The notes under the pieces are model-generated. The model worked only from the letters and a program-made list of their open reading frames with translations, was not told the origin of the DNA and made no database searches. A DNA stretch of 63,169 nt, filler included, from an uncultured bacterium (lineage in GTDB: Bacteria; CAZDME01; JAYEMH01), in assembly GCA_964506785.1 (NCBI GenBank). It is 8 parts of 8 records of this genome, joined end to end, with 100 filler letters (N's around TTAATTAATTAA, not from the genome) between each part and the next. Parts side by side here need not be neighbours in the genome. Positions count along the whole stretch, not along the records: positions 1 to 8,819 come from CAZDME010000055.1; positions 8,920 to 17,220 come from CAZDME010000057.1; 6 more parts are not named here. One strand, given 5' to 3'. Numbering within the stretch: the first letter of the stretch is position 1; each line of letters starts with the position of its first letter. Positions 1 to 10,984 of the stretch are shown here, piece after piece. Both the position numbers and the translations under genes were made by a program.

Positions 1-666
1 AACGGACTTTATTTCAAAGTGGAGAAAAGCACATTAATCGTCGTGGGAACCGACGGAAGAAGACTAGCTTGTGTTTTTAATAAACTTAAAGAAAATAAAG
101 GGAATAATTTTAGTTTTATTATACCAATTAAAGCGGTTCAAGAGTTGGCTCAAGTTTTAAACGATGAAGAAAGTGATATTGTTATGAAATTAGGGGAGAA
201 CCAAATATCCTGCCAAATTCCTTCTTCTTTTGGGTTAGGTGAGATTAATTTAACCAGCCGTTTAATAGAAGGAAATTACCCAAATTACGAACAAGTTATC
301 CCCAAAGAACTCACAAAAAAGATAAAAATAAACAGAGAAGAACTCTTAACAGCTACTCGAAGAGCGGCGATATTAACCAGTGAAAAAACCAATTCGGTTA
401 AATTAAATTTTTCTCCCCAAGGAAAGTTAATTATTTCGGCTAACACCCCGGAAATAGGAGAGGCGAAAGAAGAACTAGATATTCCTTATAAAGGAGAAGA
501 TTTGAGTATCGCTTTTAACCCTTATTTTATAATCGATATTTTAAAAAACATAGAAAGCGAAGAAATTATTTTTGGTTTAAATAATTCTTTAAGCCCGGGA
601 GTGATTCAGCCGGAAGAAAAAAAAGAGGAGTATATTTGTGTAATTATGCCGATGCGCCTAAGCTAA
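1..666 (+). CDS. dnaN: DNA polymerase III beta clamp, 5'-truncated
   Basis: Frame open from base 1; motifs GTDGRRLA, SRLIEGNYPNYEQVIP, IAFNPYFIID, C-terminal VIMPMRL; upstream of gyrB. Confidence 0.97.
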   Translation, partial: NGLYFKVEKSTLIVVGTDGRRLACVFNKLKENKGNNFSFIIPIKAVQELAQVLNDEESDIVMKLGENQISCQIPSSFGLGEINLTSRLIEGNYPNYEQVIPKELTKKIKINREELLTATRRAAILTSEKTNSVKLNFSPQGKLIISANTPEIGEAKEELDIPYKGEDLSIAFNPYFIIDILKNIESEEIIFGLNNSLSPGVIQPEEKKEEYICVIMPMRLS

Positions 667-668
667 TT

Positions 669-742
669 CGTTATATCGTTACCTTGTTGACCGGCAGCGC
701 GTTTTTTATAACGATATAACGGGATAACGATACGACGGGATA
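669..742. repeat. 13-bp inverted repeat overlapping a 16-bp direct repeat
   Basis: CGTTATATCGTTA (669-681) / TAACGATATAACG (709-721); ATAACGATATAACGGG (708-723) followed by ATAACGATACGACGGG (724-739). Confidence 0.8.
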
Positions 743-749
743 ATGGAAT

Positions 750-3681
<2,932 letters not shown>

Positions 3682-3688
3682 ATCTTTA

Positions 3689-4477
3689 TTATTTATTTTG
3701 ATGGAAGGTGTAGACTATAAAGCTTACCACTGTCCCGGCAAACAGGGCAAAAATTGTTATATAGATAACATAGCCGCTTTTACCTAACATAAATTTGGAG
3801 ACTCCCGAGCCTTTTTTTACCTCTTTTTTTAAATTAGAATCTTTTAAATGTGGTGGTGTAATTGTCTCGGGCGCGGTTTTTTCTGCGGGACTGAAAGCGA
3901 TCTCGTAAAGGTTTGACTGAACTGTTTTGATGAATTCCGGATTACCAAGGACAAGAAGCGGTGAAGCAATAGAGCTATTGTATTTTTTTTCTAGTGTTTT
4001 TTGAGAAGGAAGTATTTTGTTTCCCTTTTCATCCAGCCAATATTCGATTTCAGCCTCCTGGTTAAATTTCACCTCGCCAAGGGCTACCTCTTTGCCCGAG
4101 GCATCCTTTTTCACCTCTTTTATTAACCAGCTTTTGGGTTTTCCTTCCTCATCAAATTCCCAGAAGTAACGGGCTTTGATTTCTTTATTTCCGTCCATGT
4201 AATATTGCGGGATACGCTTTTTATCGCAGGCAACAATCCAAACAGTCTGTGTTTTACCCGAGGGATCTTTAATAAGATTAAAAACCCAATAGCCGGTGAT
4301 TTGTTTGGTTTTATCGAATCTCGGATGGAAAAAAATAAAGGGACGCTGCTGGTAAGTTGTCTCAAGAGCCCTCTCCTTGCCCGAGGCAAAGAAAGGGAAA
4401 AAGAGGCAAACAAAAAGGGCGGCTATAATAGAAAAAACCGCCAAATTTTTAGAGAGAAAAAAAGACCTCAAACACAT
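3689..4477 (-). CDS. Exported, C-terminally membrane-anchored protein (pilin cassette A gene 6)
   Basis: N-terminal hydrophobic segment and C-terminal TM helix; paralog of 54822..55577 (shared CDKxxxPQYYMDxNxxxKARYxW and KFMLGxxG...FIVYTFH). Confidence 0.8.
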   Translation of the reverse strand: MCLRSFFLSKNLAVFSIIAALFVCLFFPFFASGKERALETTYQQRPFIFFHPRFDKTKQITGYWVFNLIKDPSGKTQTVWIVACDKKRIPQYYMDGNKEIKARYFWEFDEEGKPKSWLIKEVKKDASGKEVALGEVKFNQEAEIEYWLDEKGNKILPSQKTLEKKYNSSIASPLLVLGNPEFIKTVQSNLYEIAFSPAEKTAPETITPPHLKDSNLKKEVKKGSGVSKFMLGKSGYVIYITIFALFAGTVVSFIVYTFHQNK

Positions 4478-4492
4478 GTGGTTTTAAAAACT

Positions 4493-4654
4493 TTACTCGC
4501 TTTCGCTCTGGGAAGAAACTTCTTCCCATCGGGTAATGCTAATTTCACTAGGAAAAACTAATGTTATTATCTTAGCCCGAACCAAAAAAATCTCCGCGGA
4601 CATCCCCCAGAGAAAAAAAGTTACAAGCAACACTTCGATAATTTTCTTAAACAT
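4493..4654 (-). CDS. 53-aa secreted micro-protein with EISITRWEE motif (cassette A gene 5)
   Basis: ATG at 4654 with GGGAG RBS; signal peptide MFKKII...VRA; paralog of 54630..54815. Confidence 0.75.
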   Translation of the reverse strand: MFKKIIEVLLVTFFLWGMSAEIFLVRAKIITLVFPSEISITRWEEVSSQSESE

Positions 4655-4677
4655 TGCAATCTCCCTTAACCGGTGTG

Positions 4678-6033
4678 TCAATTTTTTGGATGCATGATTG
4701 CCGACTCTGCTTTGTAATTTGCCGTTTTGGCTTCATCAAGCTGCTTATGTACAACCTTGCAAGCCTGAACATATTCGGTGGTGTCAATTATTCCAGCCAT
4801 ATAAGTGTCTTTCAATGACTCAAAAGATTGATATGCATAGTCCTTCTGGGTTTGGTAAACGGAGTTCACAGCCGTTAGCGAGGAAGTATAATCCCAACCG
4901 AATCCCGCCGCCGCATATTCTGTATTTGCTGTTGATACCGTCGCTTTCACGGCACTATCTAATGCGGATATTTTATTAACGGTGCTATCTACATACGTGC
5001 CAATGTCTACTACGGCACTTATGTTTTTATATCCAGCTGTATTTATGTCGTAATAAGTTCCTGTTAAAAGCCCATCCTCTATTGTGACAGAGCCATTAGC
5101 CCCTGACAGGCTGCCCAAAGCGTCTATAAGGGATGAATTATTGTTGCTTGAGACTGTTGTATAACCGGCGATATCAACCTCATCCCACCCCATCATTTCT
5201 CCGGTCTCTGGAGACATTATGCCTAAAGGGTCGCTAGCTTTCAACACAGCTACAGAGTAATCTGCGTTAAAGTCAATTAAATAGGAATTTCCATCACCTA
5301 CATCTACTCCAAGAAAGCTAGCGTCAAACATCGAGTCATCAAGAATTGACTGGGCAACGGTGTTTCCGATCGCGTACATAACAGGAAGAACGGAGTTAAT
5401 ATCCATGCCGGCCGCGAGTAATTCAATAGCCCATGTTCCCATCATCCCCGAAATGAAATTGGAATAATCAGAGTTTTGCAATGCCTCGTCATTTGTAGGG
5501 TTAAGCAGGGCGATATCGTCTGGAACTTGGCCTTCCTCGAAAATTAGTGGTGAGGAACCAGGAAGATGATTTCCGTCATCATCAACCGACCAAACCCCCG
5601 GAACAATTTTTGCTGTTCCTCCTGAATCGCTTGGAATGTACCCATAGAGAGGTGTTGGTAATGTCGGCCGGTAATCTTCCGGAATAGGCAGTTCATCTGG
5701 AAGATCAGGGTCCGGCGAATCATATTGATAGGTGTCTACCGTGAGCCGTACATCTGTTTCTATAGACCGCTCTTTACCCCGGGGGTTTTCTCCTTGAGAG
5801 GCCACCTTAAAGTTTTTATACCGCGTACCCTCTTCTTCTCCGCTGTCCAATTCTATTACCTTAACCGGGATTTCAAAATCGGCCAGGGAGCTGGTGCCTC
5901 CCAATGTAATAGTTGTCTCAACTAATACCGTCTCGGCCTTAGCCGCGCTGGCAAAGAAGAGACAAACTACACAAGCTACGGTTAAACCAAGTACACCGTG
6001 TATGAATTCTTTAATGCCCTTTTTCACTCTCAT
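4678..6033 (-). CDS. 451-aa signal-peptide protein whose N-terminal region resembles a PilX globular domain (cassette A gene 4)
   Basis: Start ATG 6033 with GGAGG RBS (ORF-track start 6150 is too long); signal peptide ending AAKA; FKVASQG...RSIETDV; paralog of 53238..54605. Confidence 0.75.
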   Translation of the reverse strand: MRVKKGIKEFIHGVLGLTVACVVCLFFASAAKAETVLVETTITLGGTSSLADFEIPVKVIELDSGEEEGTRYKNFKVASQGENPRGKERSIETDVRLTVDTYQYDSPDPDLPDELPIPEDYRPTLPTPLYGYIPSDSGGTAKIVPGVWSVDDDGNHLPGSSPLIFEEGQVPDDIALLNPTNDEALQNSDYSNFISGMMGTWAIELLAAGMDINSVLPVMYAIGNTVAQSILDDSMFDASFLGVDVGDGNSYLIDFNADYSVAVLKASDPLGIMSPETGEMMGWDEVDIAGYTTVSSNNNSSLIDALGSLSGANGSVTIEDGLLTGTYYDINTAGYKNISAVVDIGTYVDSTVNKISALDSAVKATVSTANTEYAAAGFGWDYTSSLTAVNSVYQTQKDYAYQSFESLKDTYMAGIIDTTEYVQACKVVHKQLDEAKTANYKAESAIMHPKN

Positions 6034-6078
6034 TTTATTTGCCTCCCTCCCGCTTTTCACCCTTTCATCTCCATAATG

Positions 6079-6108
6079 ATTATACCATAAAGGGAGGGGG
6101 AAAAGCAA
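6079..6108 (-). promoter_or_regulatory. Internal sigma70-type promoter between pilX-N and gene 4
   Basis: TTGCTT-N18-TATAAT with extended TGn; conserved at 53163..53192 in cassette B. Confidence 0.7.
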
Positions 6109-6115
6109 ATTTATT

Positions 6116-6325
6116 TTAGGGGTTGGCCTGTTTGATTTTCCAGAGGCCATACCGGATTCCGGCTTCCGCTAAATAGAAAGATTTAATAGAGTTAATCTCT
6201 TTATCTACGAGCTTACACTCGTTGGTTATTATCGCGAAATATGTCCCTCCGGCCAGGAAGCAAAGAAACATAAAAATTATGGCAAAAATAATTATCATTC
6301 CTTTTTTGGTCTGTTCCGCTCTCAT
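6116..6325 (-). CDS. PilX-like minor pilin, N-terminal helix only (60 aa mature)
   Basis: Class III signal KKG|MIIIF lacking Glu+5 (PilX/GspK trait); SFYLAEAGIRYG; stop after QANP. Confidence 0.8.
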   Translation of the reverse strand: MRAEQTKKGMIIIFAIIFMFLCFLAGGTYFAIITNECKLVDKEINSIKSFYLAEAGIRYGLWKIKQANP

Positions 6326-6385
6326 TTCTCCTTCCCCCGAAGCCAGTTCCCAGAAAATGCAGGCAAAGTCCTTGGCAGCGGATAT

Positions 6386-6904
6386 TCAGTTTCTTTTGTA
6401 GGCAAACGAACTTAAATCGATGCCCTGGTAACCATCCTTGGCATTTATGTCGATTATTCGAATTCGAATGTAACAGGTTGTTAACGAACCGGAAAAAATT
6501 TGGCTTTCGGGCTGAGGCCAGACGTTTTCAAGAAGAACCATTTGCCTGTCAGCATCCGGCCAGCTAGGGAAAAAGATTATCTGGTGTGTTTCAGCATCAT
6601 AGGTATATTTCATCTGGTCAGGAGGGTCTTTTTCTAGGCCGTCCAATTTAACTAAAGCAAGTGTTTTGCCTTCATCGGCTATACTTATCAATTCGCTTTC
6701 CCGTATATTGCGGCATATATGGTTTAAGGCAACCCGGCCCTGGCTCTGTAAGACAATTTGTTTGGAACCTCCACCCCAGCTTCGCTGAACGACTAAATAA
6801 CTAGCAATTAACCCGCCTATCACCAGAGAGGTAATTAAGATAGCCGTTACTATTTCTATTAAAGTCAGCCCGCTTGAGTCAAAGATTTTATTTTTCTTTT
6901 TCAT
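6386..6904 (-). CDS. PilW-like minor pilin
   Basis: SSG|LTLIEIV prepilin motif with Glu+5; long helix ending RVALNHICRNIRES. Confidence 0.8.
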   Translation of the reverse strand: MKKKNKIFDSSGLTLIEIVTAILITSLVIGGLIASYLVVQRSWGGGSKQIVLQSQGRVALNHICRNIRESELISIADEGKTLALVKLDGLEKDPPDQMKYTYDAETHQIIFFPSWPDADRQMVLLENVWPQPESQIFSGSLTTCYIRIRIIDINAKDGYQGIDLSSFAYKRN

Positions 6905-6911
6905 TTTCTTG

Positions 6912-7370
6912 TCAGTTATCTATGTCGCTAATTGCGGAAGCCAATATTTCTGTTTGGGGTTTACCTTTCCATTCCCAGGAAACACTGACAATAATACGCA
7001 GGCCCACTTGCTCTGTTTCTCCAGAGACCATCCAGGGCTCATATTTTATTTCCCGGGTACCTACTAAATCATCTTCATTCGAGTCTACGTCCGGCCCCCT
7101 ATCTATGATTACAGAATCTGATTCATCACCAAGCGCCGCAAGATCATCATAAGTAAATTTAGTCCTTTCTTCAAGAGCCTCCTGGCAAAGATGGATAGCG
7201 CTGAGGCGATGCTTAGCGTTTTTTATCCGGAGGTAGCCAAAGGAAAACATCTGAAACAAGACGGCGAAGGCGGTCAAGGTGAGAAAAATAGCGACTATAC
7301 TTTCAATTAAGGTAACGCCGGATTTGTTTTTAAGGGTGGAGTAGAAACAATATCTTCCCATCTTGTTCAC
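6912..7370 (-). CDS. PilV-like minor pilin
   Basis: KSG|VTLIESIV prepilin motif; AIHLCQEALEE; C-terminal IIVSVSW strand; AGGAGG RBS. Confidence 0.82.
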   Translation of the reverse strand: MNKMGRYCFYSTLKNKSGVTLIESIVAIFLTLTAFAVLFQMFSFGYLRIKNAKHRLSAIHLCQEALEERTKFTYDDLAALGDESDSVIIDRGPDVDSNEDDLVGTREIKYEPWMVSGETEQVGLRIIVSVSWEWKGKPQTEILASAISDIDN

Positions 7371-7447
7371 CGTTCCTCCTTGGTATGGGTAAGGGAAAAT
7401 ACTCTCTGCAAGGGAAGAACCTAATTGGGCTGAGGCAACTGATGAAA

Positions 7448-7513
7448 AGTATATCAGTAAAAAAAGGAGGGTGTCAAGAAAAATTTGACAAGGGCTAAAA
7501 AATATGGTATAGT
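7448..7513. promoter_or_regulatory. Back-to-back divergent sigma70 promoters
   Basis: Minus strand: TTGACA(7477-7472)-N18-TATACT(7453-7448). Plus strand: TTGACA(7485-7490)-N17-TATAGT(7508-7513). Both have extended TGn. Confidence 0.75.
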
Positions 7514-7531
7514 TATGGTGCCAGTAAAGAG

Positions 7532-7638
7532 GCCCGAAAAAGGCAAAGCCACCGCAAGGTGGCCTCGCAAAACCGCGGACCCTGAGTGAAGCGAAGGGAA
7601 GCCGGGTTGCCGAAGGTGGGGTAACCCGGATTTTTTAT
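7532..7638 (+). ncRNA. c-di-GMP-I (GEMM) riboswitch 1 with overlapping intrinsic terminator
   Basis: GGCAAA-GCCACC-GCAA-GGTGGC-ctc-GCAAAACC...AGCCGGGTTGCCGAA; terminator CCGGGTTGCC/GGTAACCCGG followed by a T tract. Confidence 0.9.
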
Positions 7639-7647
7639 TGGCCAATA

Positions 7648-7765
7648 TCCCGAAAGGGCAAAGCCGCTGAAAAGCGGCCGCGCAAAGCTACGGACCCTGA
7701 AAGAACTGAAGGGTAGCCGAGCTGCCGAAGGAAAAAGGAATTCTTGGCAGCTCGGTTTTGTTTTT
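7648..7765 (+). ncRNA. c-di-GMP-I riboswitch 2 (tandem) with overlapping terminator
   Basis: GGGCAAA-GCCGCT-GAAA-AGCGGC-cgc-GCAAAGCT...TAGCCGAGCTGCCGAA; terminator CCGAGCTGCC/GGCAGCTCGG followed by TTTTGTTTTT. Confidence 0.92.
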
Positions 7766-7790
7766 ACAAAGAGAAAGGCTGGTGAGGGCG

Positions 7791-8063
7791 ATGTTAAATG
7801 GAAAGCAGAAGGCGATTATTTCGATGTGCCGTTCGGCAGACCGCTGCATTAACCAGGCCTTGAGTAAAAAGGAGCCTTTCCTATTTTGTATAATGTATGT
7901 TAGCCCCGGTTCGTCTTTTCGTCCGGGAGAGACTAAAAATATAAGCGGGTTTACGGAATTTCTGGTTTTGAAAAAGGCTGGCCGGCATACTTACATTAAC
8001 CATATTGTCAAGCCGGGTCTGGTCATCAAGAAAAGCGGTGTTGGATATGGAAAAACAAACTAA
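7791..8063 (+). CDS. Hypothetical protein, first ORF after the riboswitches
   Basis: ATG 7791 with GGTGAGG RBS; overlaps the next start; no recognisable motif. Confidence 0.4.
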   Translation: MLNGKQKAIISMCRSADRCINQALSKKEPFLFCIMYVSPGSSFRPGETKNISGFTEFLVLKKAGRHTYINHIVKPGLVIKKSGVGYGKTN

Positions 8064-8718
8064 GAAAAAACCGAATAGTTTTCTAAAAATAGGTGTATGT
8101 TTCTTTATTATATCTGGACTTATCGGCCAGTTTTCTTGCGCTGCCCGGGCCAATCCCATAAAAAATATCCATCAGGCCATTCAGCAGAAGGTGTATTTTA
8201 GCGAAGTAAACGGAAAGGTTTTTACTCACACCCATATCCCCAAGACAAAAGCCCTTTTTGGCGAGAAAACCCTTACTCCCCTTGTCCCCAAAACCCCGAG
8301 TCCGGCGAATAGCCGGGCTCGGGGAACCCTCCTGTTTCGGAATGCGCCAAAGCCTGATTTTGACCGGGAGGTTTTCAAGAGAGATATAAAGAAAATAGAG
8401 GGGTATATAGAAAAGGGTATTGGAAAAAAGGTTGTAAAAAGAGGGAAAAAGGCAGTAGGAGAGATTATAAAAACAGTAAAAGGGGTAGGTAAAGAGATTA
8501 AATTAAGCCGCGAAGGAAAGAAAACTGAACAATCATTGCTGGTTAAAGTTCGAGGGGCGATAAAGGAAGCAAGCCATGTTTTCCGTGCCGTGCCAAAAGA
8601 GAAGGCTGCGACAGGCAAAGTTTCCCCAAATAGAAATTTATTTGCCCCGGACCGCCAGAGACTGGGAACAAACCAGCCGACGTATCCTTTGGGGTTAAAG
8701 AAAGAGAAGCGGTTTTAA
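8047..8718 (+). CDS. Lys-rich secreted hypothetical protein
   Basis: Signal peptide MEKQTKKK...FSCAARA; very basic mature region. Confidence 0.6.
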   Translation: MEKQTKKKPNSFLKIGVCFFIISGLIGQFSCAARANPIKNIHQAIQQKVYFSEVNGKVFTHTHIPKTKALFGEKTLTPLVPKTPSPANSRARGTLLFRNAPKPDFDREVFKRDIKKIEGYIEKGIGKKVVKRGKKAVGEIIKTVKGVGKEIKLSREGKKTEQSLLVKVRGAIKEASHVFRAVPKEKAATGKVSPNRNLFAPDRQRLGTNQPTYPLGLKKEKRF

Positions 8719-8736
8719 CAAAAGGAGGTAAATAAA

Positions 8737-8819
8737 ATGAGTAGAATAAGTAAAGCAGGGTTAATAGTATTAATCTTAGGAGTGTTTGTTTTTACCGGAA
8801 TGGGCGGTGCTTGGGCGGA
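8737..8819 (+). CDS. Secreted protein, 3'-truncated (signal peptide only)
   Basis: AGGAGG RBS; MSRISKAGLIVLILGVFVFTGMGGAWA runs into the contig end. Confidence 0.7.
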
Positions 8820-8919
8820 NNNNNNNNNNNNNNNNNNNNNNNNNNNNNNNNNNNNNNNNNNNNTTAATTAATTAANNNNNNNNNNNNNNNNNNNNNNNNN
8901 NNNNNNNNNNNNNNNNNNN
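8820..8919. other. Artificial contig linker 1
   Basis: 100-nt N-run with central TTAATTAATTAA (stops in all six frames). Confidence 0.99.
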
Positions 8920-8986
8920 CAAAATCGGTTAAGGGATTCTGCTTATATTTTTCTGCTATTTCAACTGCTATGACATTATCATACAT
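8920..8986 (-). CDS. Hypothetical protein, 3'-truncated, downstream of the lexA-like gene
   Basis: AGAGGGA RBS; MYDNVIAVEIAEKYKQNPLTDF runs into the contig end. Confidence 0.55.
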
Positions 8987-8999
8987 ATTTGTCCCTCTA

Positions 9000-9623
9000 T
9001 TAAAATTTTGGTATTACCGTAATAACTACTCCCTGCACCTTAAAATCACGATCTAAAATAATTGGTTTATGTTTTTTATTGGTAGAACGTGGCTTAAGAA
9101 GCACCGCATTCTCAGACATTGATAACTCTTTAATCGTTACGCCATCATCAACCAGAGCAACAACCCAATCCCCATTTTTTGCTGTCTGCTGTTGCCTCAC
9201 AAGAACCAGATCGCCGTTATTGATCCCAGCCTTATTCATTGAATCGCCTGACACTTTTAAAAGAAAATGCTTTGCGTTTGGCTTCGCCAGCTTATTTGAA
9301 ACAGGAATCATGGCTTCAATATTTTCTTCAGCAAAAATAGGCATCCCGCAAGAAACAGTCCCGACTAAGGGAACATTTACTGTCTGTGCGTGAATTGAAT
9401 TGTCGCCAAGATCTATAAATTGAAAACTTCCGTTTTTTTTCTTTTTCAAAATTCCTTTGGACTCAAGTCGGTTAAACATTAGAGAAGATGATCGGGGAGA
9501 TCTATACTGCAAGGATGCCATAAGCTCACGAAGTGAAGGCAATCGCCCTTTGCTCGCAATAGCGTTCCGTATTACCTTAATTGCTTCTAACTCTTTTGAA
9601 GATAATGTTGCTTGATTGTTCAT
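9000..9623 (-). CDS. lexA: LexA-family repressor (wHTH + S24 peptidase)
   Basis: PSLREL wHTH; VPLVGTVSCG cleavage site; catalytic GDSM Ser and VTIK Lys; start ATG 9623 or GTG 9632. Confidence 0.9.
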   Translation of the reverse strand: MNNQATLSSKELEAIKVIRNAIASKGRLPSLRELMASLQYRSPRSSSLMFNRLESKGILKKKKNGSFQFIDLGDNSIHAQTVNVPLVGTVSCGMPIFAEENIEAMIPVSNKLAKPNAKHFLLKVSGDSMNKAGINNGDLVLVRQQQTAKNGDWVVALVDDGVTIKELSMSENAVLLKPRSTNKKHKPIILDRDFKVQGVVITVIPKF

Positions 9624-9671
9624 AGTATACACCAGTATACACTTTGTGAGCAGATTGTCAAGAAAATTTTT

Positions 9672-9711
9672 AAAAACAAAAAGCCCGCTAGTCGTTGAAA
9701 CTAACGGGCTT
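9672..9711 (-). terminator. Intrinsic terminator downstream of tRNA-Asn
   Basis: Minus-strand AAGCCCGTTAGT/ACTAGCGGGCTT stem followed by TTTGTTTTT. Confidence 0.8.
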
Positions 9712-9761
9712 CTGTATTGCGAAACAGAACGAACTATTCAGTTTCGTCTGTTCGTCAACAA

Positions 9762-9837
9762 TGGCTCCCCGGGCTGGACTCGAACCAACGACCCGGTGGT
9801 TAACAGCCACCTGCTCTGCCGACTGAGCTACCGGGGA
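9762..9837 (-). tRNA. tRNA-Asn(GTT)
   Basis: 76-nt cloverleaf TCCCCGG TAGCTCAGTCGGCAGAGC...GTT anticodon...GGTTCGAGTCC...CCGGGGAGCCA with encoded CCA. Confidence 0.98.
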
Positions 9838-9838
9838 A

Positions 9839-10063
9839 TTAATGCAATAACTCTTTCTTTTTCTTATACTTCCGAGAGGCAAACTCAAGAAGTTCAGGCT
9901 CAATACCCATCTCTTTGGCTGAGTTAAGATAAAAAAGGAGTACCTTTTCCATCCTTTTTACCGCCTGTTCCCGGGTAGCCGCTGACATCTCCAAATTCAG
10001 TTCCGGACAGGCAGCCACATAATTTTTTCTACCTTTTTTATGAACTTCTATAGAGAAATACAT
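9839..10063 (-). CDS. HicB-like partial RNase H-fold protein
   Basis: YVAACPELNL...AATREQA pattern; abuts the porB stop; no hicA nearby. Confidence 0.6.
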   Translation of the reverse strand: MYFSIEVHKKGRKNYVAACPELNLEMSAATREQAVKRMEKVLLFYLNSAKEMGIEPELLEFASRKYKKKKELLH

Positions 10064-10984
10064 CTACCCCTCGCATTTTTTCAAAAGTTTGTTCCATTTT
10101 GTATCAATATAACTTTGGGTCTGTTCGATAATATGTTTATTCTCCGGTTTAAAGAGGTGCTTAAACCGAACCTGCATTTTAAACAATTCTTCAACCGGTT
10201 TCTTTTCTCTGGGAGTATAATTTATTTTGTATTTCCCTTCATCTACTTCGTAAAGAGGCCAGTAGCAGGTTTCGGCGGACATCTTGCCAATATCAACAGT
10301 CATAGACGGGTCATAGCCCCACCCCAAGCGGCAAGGGGCAAAAACATTTATAAAAGAAGGGCCGTCTTTAGCCAGGGCCTTTTGCACTTTAGTCACCAGG
10401 TCATTCCAGTAACCAGCCGCCGTCTGAGCCACAAAGGGAATCCCATGAGCAGCGACAATCTCCGTCAAATCCTTACTAAATTGAACTTTACCGGGGATGA
10501 CTTTCCCGGCCGGAGCCGTGGTCGTGCTGGCTCCCCTGGGAGTAGCCCCGCTTCGCTGAATTCCGGTATTCATATAGGCCTGGTTGTTATAGCAAACATA
10601 AAGAAAGCGATGCCCGCGCTCGAGGGCCCCGGATAAGGATTGTAACCCGATATCATAGGTGCCCCCGTCGCCGCCAAAAGCAATAAAACGAATCTCGCCT
10701 TTGATTTTTCCCTGTTTCTTCAAGGAGCGGTAAGCCGCCTCTATGCCGCTGGAAGTAGCCGCTGAGTTTTCAAAGGCGCTATGGAAAAAAGGCACCTTCC
10801 AGGCAGTATAAGGAAAGATAGTTGAGAAAACCTCAAGGCAACCAGTGGCTGAAGTCACTACCACCGGCTCCTCAGCCGCCAGAAGAATCTGCCGGACAAG
10901 AAAAGGGACACTGCAACCGGCACAGGCGCGGTGGCCGCCGCTAAATTTATCTTCTTTTTTGGCTAACTCTTTTAAAGAGGCCAT
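10064..10984 (-). CDS. porB: Pyruvate:ferredoxin oxidoreductase beta subunit
   Basis: GHRACAGC, GGDGGTYDIG, YNNQAYMNTGIQRS. Confidence 0.95.
   Translation of the reverse strand: MASLKELAKKEDKFSGGHRACAGCSVPFLVRQILLAAEEPVVVTSATGCLEVFSTIFPYTAWKVPFFHSAFENSAATSSGIEAAYRSLKKQGKIKGEIRFIAFGGDGGTYDIGLQSLSGALERGHRFLYVCYNNQAYMNTGIQRSGATPRGASTTTAPAGKVIPGKVQFSKDLTEIVAAHGIPFVAQTAAGYWNDLVTKVQKALAKDGPSFINVFAPCRLGWGYDPSMTVDIGKMSAETCYWPLYEVDEGKYKINYTPREKKPVEELFKMQVRFKHLFKPENKHIIEQTQSYIDTKWNKLLKKCEG

Noticed and set aside
6033-6150. Programmed frameshift fusing pilX-N to the 490-aa ORF
   Set aside because: The overlap exists only in cassette A. In cassette B the equivalent frame has a TAG at 53211, and both copies conserve a promoter, RBS and signal peptide for a separate gene.
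7179-7322. Near-identical copy of 51974-52117 as a DGR template/variable repeat pair
   Set aside because: Differences include C/T changes rather than being adenine-specific, the segment encodes an N-terminal helix, and there is no reverse transcriptase in the window.
7438-7460. CTGATGA as a hammerhead ribozyme core
   Set aside because: No stem II plus GAAA or flanking stems; the region is explained by the divergent promoters.
7454-7645. 63-aa minus-strand ORF, and 55581..55778
   Set aside because: Antisense shadows of riboswitch and promoter sequence with no protein features.
9616-9927. ORFs 9616..9927 and 9688..9903
   Set aside because: They overlap tRNA-Asn and its terminator; spurious.
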